From a virus (taxonomy: Duplodnaviria; Caudoviricetes), in IMG/VR virus record IMGVR_UViG_3300012344_000020, positions 25,414 to 89,413 of that record: DNA of 64,000 nucleotides. One strand, given 5' to 3'. Positions within the stretch are counted from its first letter, which is position 1. Every line of letters starts with the position of its first letter. The translations under genes were made by a program, and so were the position numbers. Below, piece after piece: positions 37,273 to 46,262 of this stretch. The notes beneath the pieces are model-generated. The model did not search any database and was not told the DNA's origin. It saw only the letters and a program-made list of their open reading frames with translations.

Positions 37273-37827
37273 ATGTCTGAAACAGTAACATGCCCTCAGC
37301 TCGCCGACATTCTGAACGATAACGAATGTTTGGAGAACCTCGCCGGACTTGGTTCTGACGTGTATATCGGTTTGAAGAGTGAGTTGCAGGCTCCTCTCGC
37401 AGCAACCGACAACCTGTATGGCACTCCTACTTTCCAGAACGGAAAGGGTCTTTACAAGGTGCAGTGTAAGGACGACTCACAGCAAATCCAGGGTAGCTCA
37501 CTCGGCTATCGTAAGGGCTTTGAGCTTACTTGTACTTTCGTTGTAGACTCGGTTAATCCCGCAGCCGGTAAGTTGGCACGCGCCATCAACAACCGCGACA
37601 TCTTTATCATTGCCAAGGATGGTAAGTACTCGCAGATTATGTACGACCCAAGCCGTAAGGTTAAGTTCGATTCAGGCGGTATCAAGACCGACACGGGTGC
37701 GAAGCCTGAAGACGATCGCGCTACTACTTACGAGGCAAAGCTCTCGCCTGTAGACTATCCTAACCTTTACGTTACGGAGCCTACATCTGATGGTTGGGAC
37801 TCTTTGCTTGCTTCTGCGGCAAAATAG
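37273..37827 (+). CDS. major tail (tube) protein
   Basis: 184 aa; ENLAGLGSDVYIG...TTYEAKLSP pattern; position after the capsid gene. Confidence 0.6.
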   Translation: MSETVTCPQLADILNDNECLENLAGLGSDVYIGLKSELQAPLAATDNLYGTPTFQNGKGLYKVQCKDDSQQIQGSSLGYRKGFELTCTFVVDSVNPAAGKLARAINNRDIFIIAKDGKYSQIMYDPSRKVKFDSGGIKTDTGAKPEDDRATTYEAKLSPVDYPNLYVTEPTSDGWDSLLASAAK

Positions 37828-37958
37828 TAGGCGGCACGGATAAACAGAGCGGAGCCGATGTCGCCACCCCAACGTCTAAGTCAGAAAAGAAGAGTGTAGC
37901 GACACCTTCATCTGACGCTGACGACGAATAATCGCTCACACCAATTACCAAACATCAT

Positions 37959-38004
37959 AGCCTCGGTATCGTGCCTTTTACAGGTGCAGATACCGAGGCT
38001 TTTT
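37959..38004 (+). terminator. intrinsic terminator
   Basis: AGCCTCGGTATC / GATACCGAGGCT 12-bp stem plus T-run. Confidence 0.8.
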
Positions 38005-38035
38005 CGTGTCCTAAAGCGAATCGCAGAATGGGTGA

Positions 38036-38070
38036 TGTCCTTATGTCGCAAGGCAAATTGGCTACCTTTG
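38036..38070 (+). promoter_or_regulatory. promoter motif TGTCCT-N21-TACCTTTG for the lysin-portal operon
   Basis: TGTCCT at 38036 (second copy at 38007) and TACCTTTG at 38063. Confidence 0.65.
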
Positions 38071-38108
38071 AAGTGGAAATTAAAAGTGAAACACAATACA
38101 ATTAAGAT

Positions 38109-38663
38109 ATGGCAAAACTTGAACCTTTGGCAAAGTTCATCCTCTCGTTTGAGGGAGGTTATGTGAACAGCAAGATAGACCGTGGCGGCGCAACCAATAT
38201 GGGCGTTACCATCGCCACATGGCGTGCGCAGGGATATGACAAGAACGGTGATGGAGTGATAGACGTGAAAGACCTCAAACTCCTCTCCGTGGCGGACGTT
38301 ATCAACATCATGCGCAAGAACTATTGGAACCGCTGGAAGGCTGACCAAATCAACGACCAGAGCATATCCAATACTTTGGTTGATTGGACTTGGGGAAGCG
38401 GACGCAACGGTATCGTCATTCCGCAGCAGATGCTTGGTGTAACGGCAGACGGCATTGTTGGCCCGAAGACCATCAAGGCACTCAATAGCGTACCTGCAAA
38501 AACATTCTTTGAGCAGTTGCGGAAGCGCCGACTGAAGTATATCGACAATGTAATAAAGGCTGATCCACGACAGAAGACGCATAAAGCCGGATGGTATCGC
38601 CGCGTCAATGCCATCAACTACGGTTTTCTGGTAGACAACAAGGGACACCGCATTACCTGGTAA
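38109..38663 (+). CDS. endolysin, glycoside hydrolase family 108 with PG-binding domain
   Basis: FEGGYVN..IDRGGATNMGVT; DGIVGPKT; GWYRRV. Confidence 0.9.
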   Translation: MAKLEPLAKFILSFEGGYVNSKIDRGGATNMGVTIATWRAQGYDKNGDGVIDVKDLKLLSVADVINIMRKNYWNRWKADQINDQSISNTLVDWTWGSGRNGIVIPQQMLGVTADGIVGPKTIKALNSVPAKTFFEQLRKRRLKYIDNVIKADPRQKTHKAGWYRRVNAINYGFLVDNKGHRITW

Positions 38664-38690
38664 CACTCACTCATCATCAAGAAGCGACAA

Positions 38691-39728
38691 ATGACAAGAA
38701 CGAAACGAATAAATCTCACGCTGCCCAAGCACTGGAACCAATGCACCACCGAGCAGTTGGAACTGATTGCCCGTGTGATGCAGGAGCAGATACAGAGGCA
38801 AGACCGCTATCATCCCTTCTCCATGGAGAATGTGAAGTTGGCGATGTTCTTTGCCTTGTCGGGCATACAGATAGTGGAAGGTCCGAATCCGCGTGTGCCG
38901 GTGGAAGAGCAGTACTACACTTGCCGCTTCCTGAAGGATGGCAAGCATGGCGACACCTTCTCGCTCTACCTTTGGCAAATCAACTATTGGCTCTCGCCAC
39001 AAGCCAAGACTCGCGACAAGGAGTCGGCTGAATACATTGCGCAGGGTGCAGGTATGCTCGACTGGCTCGACAATGAGCGCGGCATGTTCCTCACACGCTT
39101 TCCCTACCCCACCACGAAACGCCGCAAGGCATGGTGGCGCATGAGGAAGGAGTTTCAGGGTGCATTTCCCGACCTCGACGGTTTCTCTTGGGCGCAATAC
39201 CGTTTTGCCTCCGACACGATGGGCAGTTACACGCGGATAAGCAACAACCTGCTGAAGATGCAGCAGATGGGCAAGTTCAGCGAGGAGCAGCTCTTGAAGC
39301 AGGCGCAGAGTGCCGACCTTGCCAAGGCGATGTTCCTGGCTACTATCTTCAACGCTCGCACTAAGTATATCGACACCAACACGGGTATGGTGAAGCACGA
39401 CTTCCACTACGAGAGCAACCAATGTTCCGACAATGCGCAATACTTCCGCCACTTTCCCGACCACCAATGGCAGGTCATTCTCTTTTGGTGGACGGGCATG
39501 ATGCACACCCTTAGCAAGCGTTTTCCGCATGTGTTCAAGGTGCAGAAGGTTGGAACAAAGAAGCCGAGCACTCCACTCGAAATATACACTGCCACCACAG
39601 CCACCATGCAGAAGTATGCCGGACTGACCGAAGACCAGGTGAACCACCAGTCTTACTCGCTTGTGCTGGAACACCTCGAAAGGTTGTCGAAGGAAAACGA
39701 GGAAATGGAGAAGATAAGGAAAAAGTAG
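38691..39728 (+). CDS. hypothetical protein (possible tail assembly chaperone)
   Basis: 345-aa ORF in the late operon; function unassigned. Confidence 0.6.
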   Translation: MTRTKRINLTLPKHWNQCTTEQLELIARVMQEQIQRQDRYHPFSMENVKLAMFFALSGIQIVEGPNPRVPVEEQYYTCRFLKDGKHGDTFSLYLWQINYWLSPQAKTRDKESAEYIAQGAGMLDWLDNERGMFLTRFPYPTTKRRKAWWRMRKEFQGAFPDLDGFSWAQYRFASDTMGSYTRISNNLLKMQQMGKFSEEQLLKQAQSADLAKAMFLATIFNARTKYIDTNTGMVKHDFHYESNQCSDNAQYFRHFPDHQWQVILFWWTGMMHTLSKRFPHVFKVQKVGTKKPSTPLEIYTATTATMQKYAGLTEDQVNHQSYSLVLEHLERLSKENEEMEKIRKK

Positions 39729-39729
39729 A

Positions 39730-40020
39730 AATGTACGGAAGTACGATGGTACGAATGTACGATACTACGAATGTACGAAAGCGAACATCAGATTGAACAG
39801 ACTGAATAGATGATTTTAGAACATCAAAAGAAACGAAAGAAACAAAAGATTTTCGTCAACAACAGAAATCTCGGAATACGCAGAAATGTTTTCGTCATCA
39901 AATGAAACGAATGAAACGAACCTTTCCGTTCATTAAGTTTCTTTCTATGTCAAAAACCTTTTTGTTTATTTTGTTCCTTTTGATGTTAAACCATTCGTTT
40001 CATTCGATTCATTCGATGAT
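39730..40020. repeat. GTACG(A/G)A 9-bp array plus AT-rich palindromic element
   Basis: GTACG units at about 39732-39777; AACATCAAAA (39820-39829) and TTTTGATGTT (39978-39987) form a perfect inverted pair. Confidence 0.7.
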
Positions 40021-40056
40021 ATTATAAACAATAAAACACAAAAAACACAAAGCACA

Positions 40057-41814
40057 ATGGCAAACACAGTAAGCAACTTGCAAGAGCTCCAAGAACGTAG
40101 TGAGGAGTTACACAGAGCTGGCTATGTGGCTGTCCGTCCTGGCGAGTTCTGTTCTCCCAAGACAGGCGGCAAAGCCTTCTCGTGGAATGACTATGTTCAC
40201 TCTATGCTCATCAGCGAAGCAGGCATGACCGCACAAGGCACGTCTGGCTCATCGGCGGCACGCCAACAAATATCCACCATCTTTGCCTCCAGCGGTGGCG
40301 AGAACCTTGCCAAACCGAAGGGCGAGGGCACCGACGGACTGGGATTTATGGAATGGGGTGTGGGCAACCGACTGCCTAATCTCATCTGGATGCTGTCGCG
40401 TATGTCGCCTTTCACGGCTGCGGGCATCGACTTCATCAAGAAGATATTGGTGGGACATGGCCCGGTGCCTAAATACCACTACACGCAGTATGTGGGTGGC
40501 AACATCACGGAGAAGTACATCCCGTTTGAGAATGCAGGTGTGTTGCTCCGTGGCATGATAGCCGACCTCAAGGCGAAGGAAGCCGAAGCACAGACAGCCA
40601 ACGGCACGGACGATCCTTTGACAGATGTTGTCAAGACAGCCACCGGCAATGAAGACTCGGAGGAGATGAAGGCACTGAAGGATGCGCTTGCCAAATGGGA
40701 GCAGACTTATGCTGAACTGCGCCAGTTTATCATCGACAACGACCTTATGGACACCTACCTTCAGTTGGGTGGCGATATGTCGCTCATGTCGCAATGCTTT
40801 GTGGAACTGCAACTCAACCAGCGCCAACTGGGTGCCGACGGCCATCCCGTGCCTACATCGCAGTGGACTCCAAAGGTGATTGGCATCAAGCCGCGCTCAG
40901 TGTTCACTACCCGACTGGAGCGACAGGACGCGCAATACCGCATCAACTATGCTTATCTCTCTAACCAATGGCTCGACTCTACGCAGACCACAAGCGTGAT
41001 GAAGCTGGAAGACCTGAAGATTGCTGCCGTGCCTTATCTGCCCACAGCCACTGCCGTGCGCGACCTTCAGCGCATTGTGCGTGAGGCACGCCAGGGACGT
41101 GTGAGCCGTAAGAACCGCCCTACCCGATTTATCATGTCGCCGCGCGACTTTGGCGGTCCTTACTATGCCGATGCCCTTTGGCACAGCATCTTTGCCGGAA
41201 GCATTTTTGAGTATGCCTTCACCATCGTGGACGACCGACTTACACGCAAGCGCAACAGCAACATCATCGGTCGTGTGATATACATTCATCAGGATTATGT
41301 AGACCGCCTTTGCAATCAGGCTGCGCAGGAGGACAAACAGGTGTCGCCTCGCGATGTGATGAATAAGGTGTTTACCGAAATCAACCAGTGGCTCAGCAAC
41401 AGCGACAATGCTGGTCAGACTCTCTTTGCTTCCACCTTTGTGGGTAGCGACGGCAAGGACCACAAGGCTTGGGAGATTGTGGAGATTGAGACGAAAGCAA
41501 AAGACCGCAGTGAGGCAGAGAAAACTGAATTGCAGGAAATATCGAGCATCATCTTCTTTGCCATGGGTCTTGACTCAAAGCTCATCGGCAACACACCCGG
41601 CGATGCCACATCATCTGGAGGCACCGACCTGCGCGAGCGTTTCCTCGTCAAGCAAATTCAGTTTGCACCTTTGCAGCAACTCATGCTCCGTCCGCTGGAG
41701 GTGATAAGCCAGTTCAACGGTTGGGACGAGCATCTTGTCTGGCAGATTGACCGCGAGGTATTGACTACGCTTGATAACTCTAAAACGGGAGTGACAAGGC
41801 AAGGGCAGGGATAG
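40057..41814 (+). CDS. portal protein
   Basis: 585 aa; WGVGNRLPN, IIFFAMGLDSKLIG..PG...SGGTDLRE motifs typical of Bacteroidetes phage portals. Confidence 0.8.
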   Translation: MANTVSNLQELQERSEELHRAGYVAVRPGEFCSPKTGGKAFSWNDYVHSMLISEAGMTAQGTSGSSAARQQISTIFASSGGENLAKPKGEGTDGLGFMEWGVGNRLPNLIWMLSRMSPFTAAGIDFIKKILVGHGPVPKYHYTQYVGGNITEKYIPFENAGVLLRGMIADLKAKEAEAQTANGTDDPLTDVVKTATGNEDSEEMKALKDALAKWEQTYAELRQFIIDNDLMDTYLQLGGDMSLMSQCFVELQLNQRQLGADGHPVPTSQWTPKVIGIKPRSVFTTRLERQDAQYRINYAYLSNQWLDSTQTTSVMKLEDLKIAAVPYLPTATAVRDLQRIVREARQGRVSRKNRPTRFIMSPRDFGGPYYADALWHSIFAGSIFEYAFTIVDDRLTRKRNSNIIGRVIYIHQDYVDRLCNQAAQEDKQVSPRDVMNKVFTEINQWLSNSDNAGQTLFASTFVGSDGKDHKAWEIVEIETKAKDRSEAEKTELQEISSIIFFAMGLDSKLIGNTPGDATSSGGTDLRERFLVKQIQFAPLQQLMLRPLEVISQFNGWDEHLVWQIDREVLTTLDNSKTGVTRQGQG

Positions 41815-41863
41815 GGTATTGGCATACCTCATACATAACAATGAGCATTGCTTGTACATAACT

Positions 41864-41944
41864 ATACCTATTGTTTTGACTAAACTATACCTATTGTTTT
41901 GAATAAACTATACCTATTGTTTTGAAAAACTATACCTATTGTTT
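41864..41944. repeat. four ATACCTATTGTTT direct repeats at 22-23-bp period
   Basis: Copies start at 41864, 41887, 41910 and 41932; same core as at 8720-8778. Confidence 0.85.
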
Positions 41945-42002
41945 GTATAAGGTCATGCGCATCATTTGAAAAAAACGAGTAATCAATAAACGCAATAATA
42001 AT

Positions 42003-43067
42003 ATGATACTATCCACCAACGAGGAGCTTCGCCTTCACATCCCCAGTAACGCCATCGACGAGGTGAACCTGCTGCAAGGCATCCTCGACAACAGCGAAAA
42101 GGACTTGCTGAAAGACAAGCTCGGCAATGCGCTCTACACGCGCCTTTGCGAATATTACGCTTCCATCACGCCGCAGGACTTCTACCTTGATGTTACCAGC
42201 GGCACATACACGCAGCACCCTTGGGCAGAACTTCTGCTTAATGCCCAGCGCATGATAGCCAACGATGCCATGGCCCGCTATGCCTATCAGCAGGCTATCA
42301 GCGTGAACGGTGCCGGGGTGAACATGGCTTCAAGCAGCGACTACAACACCGCCACCACACAGATGCTCGACAAGGGTGTGCAGGGCTACCGCAAGGAGGC
42401 TATGGTGTCGCTCAACAACCTCTTGCTCCTGCTTGAGAATTGGGCTGAGACCATCAACACGCCTATGCCTGCCGATGAGCAGAATACGGACGAAAACGTA
42501 CCGACAGAGGGAGAAAGTGTACCGAAAGATGATGATGGCGTACAGAATACTGACGAAAGTGTACGCAACAGTGAGATTGAGGAAATCACGACGCTGTGGC
42601 AAGAGTCGAAGTACTACTATGCCCACAGCGACTTGCTCATACCCAACTGCCGTATGCTTCAGCACTTCATCGACATCTATGACAACCGCGACAAGTTTAT
42701 CCGACTCTTGCCCGACCTGCATTTCATTCAGGACGAATACATCACCGAGGCAATAGGCGAAGACGAACTCAACCGCTTGCTCCAGTCTGCCGACAATGCC
42801 GACCGCACGCTGCTCCGCAAGGTGCGCCGCTTGATGGTGGCTTATCTCGAAGAGCGCACCCCCGTGCTCTCCATCGACAAGACTCGCCGACAGTCTGCCC
42901 ACGACGAAGCCGTGTCGCTCAAGACTTCTATCCTCGCCCTGCTCAAAGCGCGTGAGGATGCCGCACAGCCCGACACGTCTGCCGACACCACCACGGAAAC
43001 CGAAAGCGAAGGCTTCAAAAATAATCAGGAAGGCTCACGAATGTTCGTGTCGCCAATGTTGTATTAA
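42003..43067 (+). CDS. head-tail adaptor-like protein (DUF6712-like)
   Basis: Follows the portal; MILSTNEELRLHIP...AE..L...LG..LY pattern; internal acidic low-complexity insert. Confidence 0.55.
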   Translation: MILSTNEELRLHIPSNAIDEVNLLQGILDNSEKDLLKDKLGNALYTRLCEYYASITPQDFYLDVTSGTYTQHPWAELLLNAQRMIANDAMARYAYQQAISVNGAGVNMASSSDYNTATTQMLDKGVQGYRKEAMVSLNNLLLLLENWAETINTPMPADEQNTDENVPTEGESVPKDDDGVQNTDESVRNSEIEEITTLWQESKYYYAHSDLLIPNCRMLQHFIDIYDNRDKFIRLLPDLHFIQDEYITEAIGEDELNRLLQSADNADRTLLRKVRRLMVAYLEERTPVLSIDKTRRQSAHDEAVSLKTSILALLKAREDAAQPDTSADTTTETESEGFKNNQEGSRMFVSPMLY

Positions 43068-43092
43068 ACGAAAGAAACAAATTTATAGAGCA

Positions 43093-44455
43093 ATGATAAA
43101 CTCAGAGTTGAATTTCAAGTTGGAGGATGTCTTACCAAATTTCTCCAATGGCTTGCAAAAGAAAATCCTTTATAGCATAGACCTCTTGCAAAAGGCAGAA
43201 CGTTTGGCTATGGCTTATGATAGCGAGAACGGGTATTTTCTTGCTTTCAGTGGCGGAAAGGATAGCCAATGCCTCTATCATGTGGCAAAGCTGGCTGGTG
43301 TAAAGTTCCAGGCACACATGAACCTCACGAGTGTTGATCCACCCGAAGTGATACGTTTTGTGAAGAAGCAATATCCCGATGTAGTGTTGGCAAAGCCGAA
43401 GGATAGTATCTACAATATTGCCGTGCAGCGCAAAATATTACCTACAATGCGTGTGCGCTGGTGTTGTGCCGAGTACAAGGAAACGGCAGGCGCAGGAAAG
43501 GTTACGTTGATTGGCGTACGCCATGCCGAGAGTACCCGTCGGGCAAAACGCAATGAGGTGGAGATTAACAACCATTCTTTCAGTGGCAATTTGGAAGGTT
43601 TGGAAGAATACCGTAAGGAGAAAACCGCCAAGGCTGAACGCCGCAAGGAAAAGACGGAGCAAGAGCTGGTAACTATTGTAAATGCAAAGGGCGAGCGCAC
43701 GCTTGGTTGTATTCACGGCAAGGAGTCTTTGCTTATTTCGCCCATCATTCATTGGAGCGAAAGCGATGTATGGGAGTTTCTGAATGTACTCGGAATCGCC
43801 CACTGCGAACTTTATGACCAAGGCTTTAGACGTATAGGTTGCATCCTCTGTCCGATGTCGCAACCCAAGCAGAAACGCAAGGAAATAGAGCGTTGGCCTC
43901 ATGTAAAGCGTGGTTGGATTAAGGCTATCAAAGCTATCCGAAACGGGGGGGGGATCAACAAGCAAACCTATCACCAATTCGGGGGGGGGGGGGCACGGGG
44001 GTGACGCAGGTGGTCGGGGTGCGCGGGGGGGGGGGGGGGGGGTACGCAGACCTTCAAGGACGGTTACATTTGGTGGAACATCAAGTCCGACATGGTGCCG
44101 TGCAGGAATGTCAGAGGGATGCTCAGGACGGAGAATACGAATGGCGGCCTAACACCAATGGCTACTTCATCAACGGCAAAGCCATGCGAGCAGCAAACGC
44201 CTTCACCCCCCCCCAAACCAGCGGACAAATCGCGGATTGTGGGCAATGCAAGACCCGACTTTCGCATCTGCAAACAATGGATGCGCGAACAGCAAAACTG
44301 GGTTTTCAGAAAGCTCCTCGTCTGATCGCTTGACTGAGGAGCAAGAAAACGAAATAGCGGAAAACATCTTCGATTGGTGGATTTCGGGCAAATCATACAA
44401 GAAATGGTATAGCGAGAAATTCCTTCAGCAGAAGTTGAATTTTGAAGAAGATTAA
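43093..44455 (+). CDS. PAPS-reductase-like (PP-loop) protein with a homopolymer-interrupted C-terminal region
   Basis: AFSGGKDSQC, RWCCAEYKE, GVRHAES.RR, RIGCILCP. As sequenced it stops at 44004. The probable terminal segment ENIFDWWISGKSYKKWY lies in another frame beyond the G9, G13, G18 and C9 tracts. Confidence 0.8.
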
Positions 44456-44476
44456 CTCATTAAAAACTCAACATTT

Positions 44477-45541
44477 ATGATGGACGAAATAATCAAAACC
44501 CTCACTCCTGCCCTGTCAGCGCGTATGCTGACATCAGAGCAGCGAGAAGCATTTGAGCAAGGACTGACCTTGCTTGAGGACGTTACCAAGGCACGGAGTT
44601 TTGTGCGCGACAGCCGACGGTTTAAGGATTATCACCGCCGTGTGCGCCAGCTACTCACTTATCTGCAAACGCTCGACACCACCACGGCACAACTATCGCA
44701 GAAGCGACGTGTGGGCAGACCTACCAGAGAAGAGCAAGCCTACTATGCCCAACTGCAAAAGCAAAAGGCATTGCAGGACGCACAGAACAGTCTGTTTCCC
44801 GAACTGAAGCCTGACGTGTCGCTCCAGCCGCTCACCTACAACGGCATCGTGGCAGACCCAAACGGCGAGAGCATTGCCGCCACCATGCCTACACTGAAAC
44901 AGATTCGGGTGTTCCTCTCTGCCCGGTTGCAGGAGCAGGTGAACGGCATACGCGACCTGCGCAACGAAATGGCATCGAAGGCAGAGCAGGCCAAGACGAT
45001 GGCGGAAGCCAACGAGAAGGCAGGAAAGACCGTCTACACTGAGGAGGAGATAGCCGAACTTGCCACCCGTGCCGTGGAGATAGAGAGTCACTTGCTGCCC
45101 GACATCTACACTGCCGTTGACCGTGAGATGGGCGAGGTGTACCTGCGCCTCAGTCAGCGCACCGGCGACCCCGAATACATCGCTTATGTGGAAAAGACAT
45201 TCAACATCGACCCGCAGAAACTGCGCACTCAGTTTAAGCCTTTTTACGAGAAAGCCCAGCATCGCGACCCACTCTTCGCACAATCCGTAGCCGACAAGAT
45301 TGCCTACGACCGTCCCGAAGTGAAGGCGGCTCGCGAAGCAGCAGCCCAGCACAAGGCAGAAGCCGATGCCCTTATCAAGTACATCTGCCGCAAGGACAAA
45401 CCCTCTACCAAGGCTCGTGTGAAAGGACTAAAGGAGCGCATCGACAAACTGCGCAACGAATATGCCGACATCGTGAAGGAGGATGAACTGATGGGCTATG
45501 AAGCCATACTCACCAAGACGATTGAGGAAGCGGGAGCATAA
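44477..45541 (+). CDS. hypothetical helical protein (354 aa)
   Basis: Long ORF. Confidence 0.8.
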   Translation: MMDEIIKTLTPALSARMLTSEQREAFEQGLTLLEDVTKARSFVRDSRRFKDYHRRVRQLLTYLQTLDTTTAQLSQKRRVGRPTREEQAYYAQLQKQKALQDAQNSLFPELKPDVSLQPLTYNGIVADPNGESIAATMPTLKQIRVFLSARLQEQVNGIRDLRNEMASKAEQAKTMAEANEKAGKTVYTEEEIAELATRAVEIESHLLPDIYTAVDREMGEVYLRLSQRTGDPEYIAYVEKTFNIDPQKLRTQFKPFYEKAQHRDPLFAQSVADKIAYDRPEVKAAREAAAQHKAEADALIKYICRKDKPSTKARVKGLKERIDKLRNEYADIVKEDELMGYEAILTKTIEEAGA

Positions 45542-45593
45542 AGCGAGGAAAGAAAAGGAAAGGAAAGAAAAACGAAGGAAAGGAAACAAAGAT

Positions 45594-46262
45594 ATGGAAA
45601 AGGACGCATTTCAAGAATTAAAGGATATTTGTACGGGAGCTTGCCATGAAAGGCACGCCTGCACTCATGGCTTTAAGCAGATGATAAATTCGGAAAACGT
45701 GAGCCAGATGATGGGTACATGGCGACAGTATTGGGACGACTTGACCAACAGTATGTATGTAGACGTTATCCGCAAAGAGTTGCCTGCGATATATTCAGAG
45801 TTGAAAGCCGAAATGAATAAGGCTGGCATCTATCTGAATGAATGTCCGTCGCAAGCACCGCAATACGTCCGTGTGATCGTGACAGACAATGAAGAACCTG
45901 TGAAGATATTCGGTGAAGCCCAATGCTATGTTCTTGGCGAGGCTAAGGTTATAGCCTTTGGCAGGTCGCGTGTCTACAACAACAGTTTCAATGCGCCTGT
46001 CATGCTTTACGAACATTCGTATGGAAAAATTATGGCTGGCAAGGCATCCGTCTACAATCATGCTTCCGTGCAGGGTAATTGCGAAATCATCTTGCACGAC
46101 AAGGCGCAGTGCGACGCTTTTGGTGGTACGGTGAAAGGCATAGGCTATCTGCGCATCAATGCTTACAATGACACAGCAGTCAATGCCATATCAAGCCGAT
46201 GTGTCAATCTGTATGGAAATGCTACATATTCCAAGTTAGAACTAAAAACCGCTGACAGATGA
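45594..46262 (+). CDS. hypothetical protein with a short beta-repeat C-terminal half
   Basis: ATG at 45594; repeated V.AYG/ASVY-type hexapeptide-like units. Confidence 0.7.
   Translation: MEKDAFQELKDICTGACHERHACTHGFKQMINSENVSQMMGTWRQYWDDLTNSMYVDVIRKELPAIYSELKAEMNKAGIYLNECPSQAPQYVRVIVTDNEEPVKIFGEAQCYVLGEAKVIAFGRSRVYNNSFNAPVMLYEHSYGKIMAGKASVYNHASVQGNCEIILHDKAQCDAFGGTVKGIGYLRINAYNDTAVNAISSRCVNLYGNATYSKLELKTADR

Noticed and set aside
41864-41944. 23-bp-period repeats as a mini-CRISPR
   Set aside because: The variable part is only about 10 nt and partly conserved, too short for spacers; this fits operator or iteron arrays better.
42952-43092. N-terminal extension of the PAPS-reductase-like ORF in the track
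   Set aside because: It overlaps the adaptor gene; the ATG at 43093 follows the ATTTATAGAGCA leader used elsewhere.
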